In this document: piece after piece, positions 1 to 11,034 of the stretch | Numbering within the stretch: position 1 is the stretch's first letter | Layout: every line of letters starts with the position of its first letter | Origin: Candidatus Kuenenia stuttgartensis | GTDB taxonomy: Bacteria > Planctomycetota > Brocadiia > Brocadiales > Brocadiaceae | Reading direction: 5' to 3' | DNA: 32,000 nt | NCBI RefSeq assembly: GCF_900232105.1 | Contig: NZ_LT934425.1 | Span: 1,110,001 to 1,142,000, forward strand | Notes under the pieces: generated by a model | Databases searched by the model: none | What the model was told of the DNA's origin: nothing | Seen by the model: the letters and a program-made list of their open reading frames with translations, nothing else | Position numbers and translations under genes: made by a program

Positions 1-486
1 TATCTTGCGGAGAAAGGAATTGTCGCTGATATTGAATTTTCTCATGGTGCAACAGAAGCAAAGGCGCCTGCTTTGGTTGATGCGATCGTAGAGCTTACCG
101 AAACAGGCAGCAGTCTCAGGGCTAATAAACTTCGAATAATAGATACAATTATGGAGTCGGCAACCCAGCTTATCACTAATCACCAGTCATGGAAAGATGA
201 TTGGAAACGCACAAAAATAGAAAATCTTGCCATGCTTTTTGAAGGAGCAATCATTGCACGTGAAAAAGTTGGATTAAAAATGAATGTACCTGGAGATTCC
301 CTGGAAAAGGTATTAAAACAATTGCCTGCACTGAGGAAACCCACGGTCTCGACCTTAAGCGAAGGTGCCGGCTATGCGGTTGAAACAATGGTAGATCAAA
401 GCATCGCGAGAAACATTATTCCGGCATTAATTAGGGCAGGGGCTGAAGGAATTATTGAATATCCATTAAATAAAGTAATACTTTAA
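1..486 (+). CDS. hisG: ATP phosphoribosyltransferase HisG, C-terminal part (5' end lies outside the window)
   Basis: Frame 1 is open from base 1 ([44 protein letters not shown]...) to the stop at 484-486. The [10 protein letters not shown] segment and the C-terminal regulatory domain are typical of long-form HisG. Confidence 0.9.
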   Translation, partial: YLAEKGIVADIEFSHGATEAKAPALVDAIVELTETGSSLRANKLRIIDTIMESATQLITNHQSWKDDWKRTKIENLAMLFEGAIIAREKVGLKMNVPGDSLEKVLKQLPALRKPTVSTLSEGAGYAVETMVDQSIARNIIPALIRAGAEGIIEYPLNKVIL

Positions 487-706
487 CGACCCGTAACTAT
501 TTAACCAATTGAAGTATTATAGCACCATCATGCCACTTTCCCTGCACTTAATAGTCGCTATTTTTTAAAGAAGGCTCGATACGGACAATCGGTAGCTTTA
601 TACGGATTCGTCGTATAGCGTATTTTCCATTAGGTAGAGGTATTGCTTCGCCAGTAGTTACTTGCTATTTTATTTAAAGCTTGCAAAGTGTAAAAAGAAA
701 TATGAA

Positions 707-1966
707 ATGTTTTGTAAATCATTTACCATTATTGTTTTATCCGTAATTATCTTCTTTCTGGAGTTTTTGGGATGTAGTAATGTTACCATTAGGAAAAATT
801 CTCCCACATCCGGAGAAGGGGTATTTCTACACTTAAAAAGAATGGAAGATGCGTTTTCCTACTTTAGTGCGGGGTACTTTTTTTTACTAGAGAGAAATTG
901 GGAAATGGCTGCTGATAATTTTGAAAAGGCGAATGAAATAGACCCCAATTCTGAGAGGGTCATAAAGCATTTGGCTACCTGTTATTTTCAATTAGGCAAG
1001 AATGAAAAAGCTATAAATGCCCTCGAAAAACTTGCGAATCAAACCCCACAGGAATTCAGCCTTCATTACACACTGGCCACTCTCTACGAAGCAGTTGACA
1101 GAAAGAAAGAGGCAATTTCGGAATATGAATATGCCAGAAAATGTAAAATTACCAAACTGGACGAAGTTTTTCTGGCAGACTCCCTCTATCGGCTTGCAAA
1201 TATTTATATAGAACTGGGCATGATAGAAAAAAGTGCGGAGTGTTTTAAAACCATGTTTAATATGAACATTATTGCCCGCCCGGCAAAGTTTCATTATGAA
1301 ATTGGGTTAAAATACTTTGAGAAAAACATTGTTGATATGGCGCTGGAACATTTTTTGAAAGCAAAAAAATATGATCCGGAACTAACTTTTTCGAGTTTTT
1401 ATATAACACTATGTTATGATATTTTAAATGATCATGATACTGCTGTTGAAGAAGCGAAGGAATTTCTTCTTAAAGAACCTGAAAACTGGATAATGCGCCT
1501 TACACTCTCTGAAATTTATGAGAAATTGGGAAAAAAAACGGAAAGAAATGGAGAAATAGAAAAAATTAAGGAAATTCTCGAAAACAACATAGAGATAGGC
1601 AGCAGGAATCCAAGAGAATATTTTTTACTCTGTCAGATATATAGCAGCCAGAATAACATTGACGAAGCGACAAAAACAATTGAAAAAATGAGATTGTTAC
1701 CATTAGAAGCAGAAACAGAAAAAGATGTTCACTTTATGTTGGCCAATCTTTATTACCAATGTCAAAAATATGATACGGTGGAAAAAGAATTGCGTTTGGC
1801 CATAAAGATAGACCCTGATTTTCACGAAGCCAATAATTTCCTTGGATATTTTTTTGCGGAAAATAACAGAAATATTGACGAGGCAATTACATTAATCAAT
1901 AGAGCCCTTGACTCTCAACCAAAAAATGGCGCGTATCTTGATCAGCTTGGGTTGGGCATACTATAA
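707..1966 (+). CDS. TPR-repeat lipoprotein; frame broken near the 3' end, homologous reading continues to about 2268
   Basis: The 434-aa ORF starts at 662. An internal ATG at 707 gives MFCKSFTIIVLSVIIFFLEFLGCSN, a signal peptide with a lipobox Cys. Repeated TPR-like A/Y/L helices run throughout. After the stop at 1964-1966 the TPR sequence continues in other frames (AYYKKAQIEERDDYLFMALQKLEEAIKLLEDPYIFEHL..., ending ...KHHLKKKI* at 2266-2268). Confidence 0.75.
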   Translation: MFCKSFTIIVLSVIIFFLEFLGCSNVTIRKNSPTSGEGVFLHLKRMEDAFSYFSAGYFFLLERNWEMAADNFEKANEIDPNSERVIKHLATCYFQLGKNEKAINALEKLANQTPQEFSLHYTLATLYEAVDRKKEAISEYEYARKCKITKLDEVFLADSLYRLANIYIELGMIEKSAECFKTMFNMNIIARPAKFHYEIGLKYFEKNIVDMALEHFLKAKKYDPELTFSSFYITLCYDILNDHDTAVEEAKEFLLKEPENWIMRLTLSEIYEKLGKKTERNGEIEKIKEILENNIEIGSRNPREYFLLCQIYSSQNNIDEATKTIEKMRLLPLEAETEKDVHFMLANLYYQCQKYDTVEKELRLAIKIDPDFHEANNFLGYFFAENNRNIDEAITLINRALDSQPKNGAYLDQLGLGIL

Positions 1967-2312
1967 AAAAGCGCAAATAGAAGAAAGAGATGATTATTTA
2001 TTCATGGCGCTTCAAAAGCTGGAAGAGGCGATTAAACTATTGGAAGATCCGTATATTTTTGAGCATCTGGAGACGTGAATTATAGCCTGGGCAGTTGGTA
2101 CGATGCGTTGGGCGCGTGGAAAAGGCAAAGGTATTGTATGAAAAAACACACGTCTATGAAAAACAATTGGAAAATGTAACACATAAAATTGACAAAATAA
2201 AACGTCTCATTTCTTTAGAAAAAAACAGTACAAAAATAATAAAACATCATTTAAAGAAAAAAATATAGTTTGAAAAATTAAATTCTATGTATTTAAGTGG
2301 GGAATAATACAC

Positions 2313-3056
2313 TTGGCAGGACATTCACATTGGGCTGGGATAAAACATAAAAAAAGCATTGCTGATGCTAAAAGAGGCAAGGTGTTTTCTAAAATATCCA
2401 GGATGATTACTATCGCTGTCAAAAAAGGTGGTAGCGACCCTAATATGAACCCGAAACTGGAACTTGCAATAAGTAAGGCGCGGATGGCAAATATGCCGAA
2501 AGACAACATAGAGCGTGCGATACAAAAAGGTATCGGAACGGGAGGCGATAATATCGAATTGCAAGAATGCTTGTTTGAAGGGTATGGGCCAAATGGAATA
2601 GCAATAATGATGGATGCGTTAACCGATAATAAAAACAGAACCGTCAGAACTAAGAAAACTATTTGAAAAGTTTGGCGGCATATGGGTGAAACAGGTTGCG
2701 TTTCCTGGATGTTTGAAAAAAAAGGCATTATATTGGTGAACAATAATGTGTGCGTAGAAGATGAATTTATGATGCTGGTGTTAGATGCGGTGCAGAGGAT
2801 TTCCAAACAGTGAGGGAGTATTATCAAGTGTTATGTGCTCAAACTGATTTGGATGCAGTTAAAAAAGCTATTGAAACTCAAAAATAAACCATAGAGATGC
2901 AGAAACAAGCGGTTGGCAAATAATACTATAGAGGTGGAAGGAGAAGCATATCGAAAAGCGCTTCAGCTTATAGAGGCGCTAGAGGATCATGATGATGTAA
3001 ATAGTGTTTACTCTAATCTGAACTTTGCACAAGAATTTTTTGAGGCTGAAAAGTAA
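2313..3056 (+). pseudogene. yebC: YebC/PmpR-family transcriptional regulator; reading frame interrupted several times (sequencing error or pseudogene)
   Basis: TTG start. The N-terminus [30 protein letters not shown]... is the YebC signature. After the stop at 2664-2666 the family sequence continues in shifted frames ([11 protein letters not shown] / MGETGCVSWMFEKKG / AEDFQTVREYYQVL / NNTIEVEGEAYRKALQLIEALEDHDDVNSVYSNLNF...AEK* ending at 3056). Confidence 0.8.
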
Positions 3057-3177
3057 AGCTTTCCCAAAAGTATAAATTTTGTTTTTTTGAAAGTTGAGGT
3101 GTGTTGCTTTTGCACATGGATGGAAAAAGCACACGGGAATTTAGTAGTACTTACTGTGCATAATTATACTACGCACT

Positions 3178-5071
<1,894 letters not shown>

Positions 5072-5414
5072 GGAATGTTATCTTTGATCATGTAATTAAT
5101 AAAATAAAATATAAATATTCAAAAAAGATAGACAGAACAATGATATATATTAGAAATATGTCTATTGTCAAAATTTAAATCCCTGCTTCCGGGGATGATA
5201 TCAAAGTCTCGTTTAAAAAAACAGATATGCCAAAGGCAGGTGAAAGGGTCAGCGGTGAATAGAATAAAAATTGGCGAATATACATGGACTGGATTTTAAG
5301 ACCTGTATAGTATTTAAGTATAGCCGCTGATGAGGGCAGATTTAAAAAAACGCATACTGCCTGTCAATTCAGGTATATGATTCGCTATTTAATGCTGGTG
5401 GGTAAATAAAAAAC

Positions 5415-5444
5415 TTGACTTATCGCCTGTTTCATACCTATAAT
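5415..5444 (+). promoter_or_regulatory. Sigma70-type promoter for tRNA-Phe
   Basis: TTGACT (5415-5420), an 18-nt spacer, then TATAAT (5439-5444), about 40 nt upstream of the tRNA 5' end. Confidence 0.5.
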
Positions 5445-5484
5445 ATCGCCACTGCATTAGTGATGTATCAATGTAAAATTAATG

Positions 5485-5560
5485 GGGCAGATAGCTCAGT
5501 TGGTAGAGCACAGGACTGAAAATCCTGGTGTCGACGGTTCGATCCCGTCTCTGCCCACCA
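5485..5560 (+). tRNA. tRNA-Phe (anticodon GAA), CCA encoded
   Basis: Folded by hand. Acceptor GGGCAGA/TCTGCCC, D arm GCTC-AGTTGGTA-GAGC, anticodon arm CAGGA-CTGAAAA-TCCTG, variable loop GTGTC, T arm GACGG-TTCGATC-CCGTC, discriminator A plus CCA. Total 76 nt. Confidence 0.95.
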
Positions 5561-5658
5561 CTTACAATCCTTCAAAGATCTCCCGCATTTAGCACCCCTC
5601 CATATCTTGCGAACACAGCATACAAGAAAGCAACTTTTTTTCCTATTGCAAGTTTTTT

Positions 5659-5873
5659 GTAACTATTCAGTGTAAACATTACATGAATCCCGGCGGGTTC
5701 ATGTTTGCAACCGTTCGTCGTGAGCTCAGCCGAACGGTTACAAGCCTGAACCCGCGAATGTAGTTCCAGTACCATTACGTTCCCAAACAGATACTTCACT
5801 ATGTTCAGTACAAGGTTTGGGAACGAGTTACGCTCTGATCTCCGTAGTTTAATAAATTACGCTGAATAGTTAC
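5659..5873. mobile_element. MITE-like non-autonomous element (215 bp) with 17-bp terminal inverted repeats and an 8-bp target-site duplication
   Basis: The left TIR is GTAACTATTCAGTGTAA (5659-5675) and the right TIR is TTACGCTGAATAGTTAC (5857-5873), matching at 16/17 positions. AGTTTTTT abuts both ends directly (5651-5658 and 5874-5881). The interior has no credible ORF but contains several hairpins (5709-5739, 5778-5825). Confidence 0.6.
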
Positions 5874-6052
5874 AGTTTTTTACAAAAACACAAATATACG
5901 GTATAGTATTACCTTATACAAATACAATGGAAATCGTGCAACATTTCTGGAAAAGCAACGTATCTTTAAAATACCTTTCGATAAATTTCACTCTCAAAAA
6001 GTCATTCTTTTATAGTTTTATAAAATTAATTATTTTCAGGAAGCAAAGGAAA

Positions 6053-7336
6053 ATGAAAAAAAGTCTATTTGTTTTATTATTTTATACAATGATAATTTTT
6101 GCAGGCAGTGTCTCCGCAAATACATTTACATTGGGAGCGCCGGCAAATGCTGTGACAAAACGGGCAAATCAGCAAACCAGTGATTTTATATATAAGGAGT
6201 TTGAAGAGTTTGTTAAGGTAATAAAGGCGCTGCAGGAAAAGTATGTTGAAGAATTGGATATTAACACTATTTTTACAAACGCATACCGTGGAATGATGTC
6301 GGAGTTGGATCCCTTAGTCAATATATAAGTCCCGAAGAATTAGAAGAGCTTAAGATCGAAACGGAAGGGGAGTTTGAAGGTTTAGGTATCGAAGTAATTG
6401 TCAGGCATGGGCTAATAACCGTAATAACCCCCATACTCGATTCTCCAGCATTCAAGGCAGGGATATTGGTAGGAGATCGCATTCTCAAGGTTGATGGCAT
6501 ACCAACCAAAGACATAGCTATTCGTGAAACCGTAAAACTCCTTCGGGGGAAGCCGGGCACAACAACAACCCTTACTGTTTTGCATGAGGGAGAATCTATG
6601 CCGGTGGATATTACAATACAGCGGGCAAAGATCCATGTAAACAGTATAAGAGACGTAAAAATGGTGGATGAAACGGAGAAGATTGGCTACTTAGCTCTGA
6701 TAAATTTTCAGGAAAACACCGTTGATGATCTGGATAAAACAGTGAAAGAATTATTGAAGCAAGGCATGGAAGGTTTAATATTGGACTTGCGATTTAACCC
6801 TGGAGAATTGTTGAGCGCCGCCGTGGGTGTTTCTGACAGATTTTTAAAAAAGGGCGTTATTGTTTCAACCCGAGGCAGAGGTCCTGACCAAAACATTCTG
6901 TACCGCGCCCGCAGAAGCGGCTCCTATCCTGATTTCCCGCTGGTAGTACTGGTAAATAACGGAAGCGCCAGCGCATCTGAAATTGTCGCCGGAGCGATAA
7001 AGGATAATAAACGCGGTTTGCTGGTAGGCATGAAAACATTTGGCAAAGGATCTGTGCAGAGCCTGGTTCCAATACGCGAAGGCAATGCCGCCTTAAAACT
7101 AACGACCGCCAAATATTATACGCCATCGGGAGAATGTATCCACGAAAAAGGGATTGAACCCGATATTGAAATTCCGCTTGATTTTTCCCAGATGAGGGAA
7201 TTGCAGGTAGAATTGTCAGCGGCGAAAATAGGCAGGAAAGCGGCTGATAAGGAAAAAAGAACCCCCTCTCTTCAAAGATTTGCAACTCGAAAAGGCAATA
7301 GAGGTAATAAAAGGCATGGAAACTGACGGGAAATAA
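6053..7336 (+). pseudogene. ctpA: Carboxy-terminal processing protease (S41, CtpA/Prc-like); two frame interruptions (sequencing error or pseudogene)
   Basis: MKKSLFVLLFYTMIIFAGSVSA is a signal peptide, preceded by AAAGGA. The frame breaks at about 6311-6316 (stop at 6326-6328) and resumes as SQYISPEELEELKIETEGEFEGLGIEV...PAFKAGILVGDRILKVDG (PDZ domain), then NNGSASASEIVAGA and TFGKGSVQ (S41 catalytic region). A second shift near 7273-7280 restores the C-terminus ...LQDLQLEKAIEVIKGMETDGK* ending at 7336. Confidence 0.85.
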
Positions 7337-7460
7337 AATAACTAATAAGAGAATGGGCATTAATTCATGGATTTTTACTACAGGCAAGAGGGAATACCTG
7401 CTTTTTTCTCCAATTTAGGGAGAATACGTTTCTCAAAAGACTAAAGTGTTACCATTGTTT

Positions 7461-8218
7461 CTATTGCCAATCCCATCCCTCAATTATTTTATGGTGTTGA
7501 TAATCTGTGCGGTCATAACGAAGGGGGGTAATGGAGATATACCCGTCACGAAGCGCACTCAGGTCGGTTCCTTCTTCATGGTATTTGGATTTATCTGCTC
7601 CTGTCAACCAGTAATAAGCCCTGCCGCTTGGGTCAATACGTTTTTGAAAAACTTCTTTAAAATCCTGCGTGAATTGGTGTGTTATCTTAATCCCTTTTAT
7701 CTGATCAGGCGGAATTGCAGGAATGTTTACGTTTAAGAGCAAATTTTTGGGTAGATTATGGCTTAAAATACGTTGTATAATGCCTTTTGCTACGTCTGCC
7801 GTCCTGTGGATGTCATCAAGTGTTCTGTTATTTCGAAGGAAACCGCGATGGATGAAAATCCCATGACAGTGGCTTCCACCGCTGCCGCTACCGTTCCGGA
7901 ATAAAGGATGTGGATGCCCACGTTTGCCCCCATATTTAGCCCTGATATGACAATGTCAGGCTTCTCCCGCATAATCTCATTTACGGCAAGTTTTACACAA
8001 TCTGCCGGCGAACCGTTAACGCCGTACCCGATAAATTCATTGTTCATGTGCACTTTCCTGATACGCAGGGGTTGGTTGAAAGTGATGGAATGCCCACACG
8101 CCGCTTTGCTCAATATCCGGCGCAACAACGGTAACGGTTCCTAGATCCTGAATATAGTGTTTTAACGAAGCGATTCCCGGTGCATAAATACCATCTCATT
8201 TGTGAGCAAAATCTGCAT
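7461..8218 (-). pseudogene. surE: 5'/3'-nucleotidase SurE; about three frame interruptions (sequencing error or pseudogene)
   Basis: ATG at 8218. MQILLTN is followed by a shift where the conserved NDDG should be. Then come GHSITF, GTPADCV-like NGSPADCVKLAV, DIVISGLNMGANVG and YSGTVAAAVEA (fragment 7790-8128). Fragment 7461-7742 follows (LLNVNIPAIPPDQIKGIKIT...YISITPL). Confidence 0.85.
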
Positions 8219-8313
8219 ATGTTTTATCCTTAATAAGGAGTCTGCCGTATATTCGCCGTACACACGTAATAATCATATTTCCAATATGGATTTTTTGCAT
8301 TGATATCTTTGTA

Positions 8314-10022
8314 CCTAAATCCTGCAAACGATTTTCGCAATGCGAAAATCAGTATTTTCCACTACCAAGATTGGCAAAAAGCGATAACAGATATCCGTTT
8401 TTTAGCAATTGTGGTAGCGCTATTGTACTACTTTAAACAAAAAGACATGGGAAATTGTCGGAAACGTGCTCTCTGATGCAATGAAAATCAAGATAGGGAT
8501 GTACTGTCTCCATCTGCGGTATACTTACCACTCTAAAAGACTAAAAAAACGAAATACAACGTGGTTTTCTACTGAAAAACTACATCCAGTGACATGCGTT
8601 CCCACTTTTCCATTCCTCCTGATGGAGAAATTTCTCCGGCAATTTTAATGTCATCTGCCGGCTTCTCTCCACCAGTTTCCCTGCCACACTGATTAACCAC
8701 AGTCTCATCGTCTTTACTTCCCACTTTTGTATACTCCACCACTGAGCAATCCCATCCACTTCAAAAGATTATACGCTAACACCGCACACTGAAATAGCGC
8801 AGCATTGGCCAAAAATTCCACCGTACGTATGTGCCCCGCATTCATCTGTCCTTTACTCTCTTCTATCAAAGTCTCGCAGGTAGCCCTCTTTCCATAACAA
8901 CGATGCGCTTCCATCGGACTTAACCGCTCCGTTGTAACGTAACAAAAATACTCATACACGGACACTTCTACTAATTTCTTTTCTCTTTTGACCAATTGCC
9001 GCACTGCACAAAACGTCTCGCACGATCCCACCCTGCACATCGATACCAAAATTCAGCCTGTTCCCATCCTGGCTCCCTTTCACCCTCATTCCATTTCTGC
9101 CCTTCAACAATCCTTCCAGATTCTTCAGCTTTACCTTAATCAGATATCCCGCAAATATTGACTCAAGGTATTCAAGTAATTCTCGGTAAAAAAACCGCTG
9201 TCTCCCCGAAATACCACCCTTACCCCCTTATTCATGTACGCCATACATTCCTTCATGAACTCTACTACTCCGTTACTCGTGTAGGCGCTTCCACAGCGGA
9301 ACCAACTATGTAATACCTCCTTTGTTTCTGCAATAAATGCCATTAAGGGATGATACGCCTTCTGCCCCTTCTTGTGCGGATTATATCCTACCTCTGCACC
9401 CACCTTGTTTCCCATATACACCATCTACGGTAGAATCAACATCTATCCATACTTCGCAAAGAGCACTCCTGAGTTTATGGCCTGATCTCACCGCACGCTT
9501 CCATATCTTTCCCCTAAACCGGTGGATCACCCCCGTCAGTTCCACTATATCTCCCTGACTCGCCAGCTTCATAATACGTCCTATCGTAGTATCTACAGGT
9601 ACCTCTTTCCACCCGGACATCTTCTTCAATACCTCATCTGTACACACCTTCATACACTCTACCATCGATGTCGCCCCTGCTATCAACCCTATCACTACCA
9701 TTTGTACCGCATCGACAAACTGATACCGGGCATTTGCTCCACGATCCTTATGTACCGCTTCATGGACTCTCTCCCGGAACATCAGCTTACCCATAAAATT
9801 CAATACCGGTAAAAGCCCTGCATGTACCGTTAAGCCTTTCCCGCTCATCTCTGCCTTGATTTTCGGTTGTCTTTTGCTGTATTTTTTTGCTATATTCTTC
9901 ATCGAAATGGTGAATCTCCTTTCAGGTGTTTTTTGTTATCAATATACCGCCGAATACCTTGGAAATCCTACCATTTCAATCCTATTCCTGCAACAAGGCT
10001 TTGCTTGTTTGCAGGATTTAGG
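8314..10022 (-). mobile_element. IS1380-family insertion sequence (1709 bp), complete ends
   Basis: Perfect 16-bp terminal inverted repeats: CCTAAATCCTGCAAAC at 8314-8329 and its reverse complement at 10007-10022. A 5-bp direct target duplication TTGTA lies at 8309-8313 and 10023-10027. The single transposase gene is of IS1380 type. Size and TSD length fit that family. Confidence 0.85.
8580..9902 (-). pseudogene. IS1380-family DDE transposase; reading frame interrupted at least three times
   Basis: Fragments 9381-9902 (LTVHAGLLPVLNFMGKL..., WIDVDSTVDGVYGKQ), 9140-9424 (GYNPHKKGQKAYHPLMAFIAETKEVLHSWFRCGSAYTSNG, FRGDSGFF) and 8714-9049 (YFCYVTT..., ETLIEESKG, FLANAALFQCAVLAYNLLKWM) are colinear. 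So is a further shifted tail (MRLWLISVAGKLVERSRQMTLKLPEKF...* with its stop at 8580-8582). Confidence 0.8.
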
Positions 10023-10028
10023 TTGTAA

Positions 10029-11034
10029 TTAAAACAAATCAAGCAACGCCTTTTTCTTTCTACTATGGTCTTCTTCTGTAATAAGCCCCTCCTTCAGTAA
10101 ATCTTTTATTTCCCTGAGCTGATTTTTTATATCCATATCATTCATTCCATTATTCAAAAGCATTTCCTTTTTATAATCATAGTCTTCCTGTAAAAGAATC
10201 CCGTCATTGAGTAGTTCGCGCAATATAAGTAATTGTGCTTTGATTTTACTTTCCCTTTGAACACATTCGCGCCAGGTTCCACTTGTTGATAACCGGATGA
10301 AGAGTGAATATTGCTGCCAACTTTTTCTTTTTTTTGCAGTTGGTTATAGAAATCAGACTTGTCGGACTCGGAAATGTCCGGTTTTTTTATTTCAGGCCTC
10401 TGGTATGTTTCATCTGATATGTTTATGACCAGCCAGTTTTTGTGCCCCGGTTCAAAGGCTTGTCCATACGCAGGCAATAACGCCCAAAAACGACTGCCTT
10501 TTATCTTCGTCGGGTCTTCTTTTGCCGTACCCATCCCTTTTTTCTCAGACACCAAATCGCTGTACGTTTGGAACTTTTGTACCCGGCTAAAAACAATATT
10601 TAGACGGCTATCCCTCATAAACATAACGCAGTAGTTCTGTTTGTCCGCGAAAAACGGCCGCCCTGAGTACGAGACAACCTCTATTACCTGTGCAGGAGTT
10701 GCTACAGAAAAAGCCTGGATAATCAAGGGCACAAGCCTGCTGATTTCGTCATCCTGAAAGACGTTCACAGATGTACTCTTTTTCAAAAGCCCCTTTTCTT
10801 CGAAATAAATCTGCGATAATACATTACCGATAACATCACTGTTCATTTCATAAGGATGATTGAATTGCACAGAACCCCTGTTTGTTTAATGGATAATTCT
10901 TTATGCCTCACCTTAATCTTTCCATCCTCATATGTTTCTGCGCGAATTGCACCCGAAATATGAAAAGACAGCATGCAGAAGATAATACTCAAAAACAAAT
11001 TGGTTTTTTTAAAATGTGTATTCTTTGAATTCAC
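10029..11034 (-). pseudogene. Exported hypothetical protein with two C-terminal SHOCT-like repeats; two frame interruptions
   Basis: The GTG at 11034 overlaps the radA stop (GTGA). The signal-peptide-like N-terminus KKTNLFLSIIFCMLSFHISGAIRA lies in fragment 10843-11067, and the body in 10154-10870. The tail in 10029-10223 carries LRELLNDGILLQEDYDYKKEMLL and LKEGLITEEDHSRKKKALLDLF, the SHOCT pattern. Confidence 0.55.

Noticed and set aside
2285-2827. Long antisense or out-of-frame ORFs: 2285-2827(-), 3706-4170(+), 4047-4541(+), 6857-7387(-), 13738-14055(+), 17670-18113(+), 21002-21274(-), 28654-29031(-), 29788-30135(-), 31548-31796(+) and similar.
   Set aside because: Each lies entirely inside, and opposite to or out of frame with, a gene that has strong family motifs. 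Their translations are low-complexity (S/F/L/I-rich) with no recognisable domains, which is typical of shadow ORFs.
3057-3177. The GTGT-T-GCTTTT...AAAAGCACAC hairpin between the convergent yebC and ftsH genes, considered as a bidirectional terminator.
   Set aside because: The stem has a bulge and a 12-13 nt loop and is not followed by a U-tract on either strand. The evidence is too weak to call.
5327-5361. CTGATGAG (the hammerhead-ribozyme core box) followed by a GGCAG...CTGCC stem in the ftsH/tRNA-Phe intergenic region.
   Set aside because: After the putative stem II the sequence is TGTCAATT, not the obligatory GAAA(C) box. No stem I/III or cleavage-site arrangement can be drawn, so this is a chance match to an 8-mer.
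5572-5799. A 75-aa minus-strand ORF between tRNA-Phe and ctpA.
   Set aside because: It runs across the MITE terminus and its hairpins, has no RBS or recognisable motif, and its sequence composition looks non-coding.
5640-5890. The multi-hairpin region downstream of tRNA-Phe, considered as a stand-alone structured ncRNA (6S-like rod, retron msr/msd-like, tmRNA or RNase P).
   Set aside because: No signature sequences of tmRNA, RNase P, SRP or 6S were recognisable and no reverse transcriptase is nearby. The exact 8-bp direct repeat abutting 17-bp inverted termini is better explained by a MITE. Transcription of the element remains possible and is noted in the finding.
8466-8648. A 60-aa plus-strand ORF inside the left part of the IS element.
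   Set aside because: It overlaps the (shifted) C-terminal coding region of the transposase on the opposite strand, and nothing supports it as a passenger gene.
8580-9902. Frame changes in the IS1380 transposase, considered as programmed ribosomal frameshifting as in IS1/IS3.
   Set aside because: The IS1380 family encodes a single uninterrupted ORF. Here there are at least three breaks in different directions with no slippery heptamer, and the same kind of indels affect all neighbouring non-IS genes.
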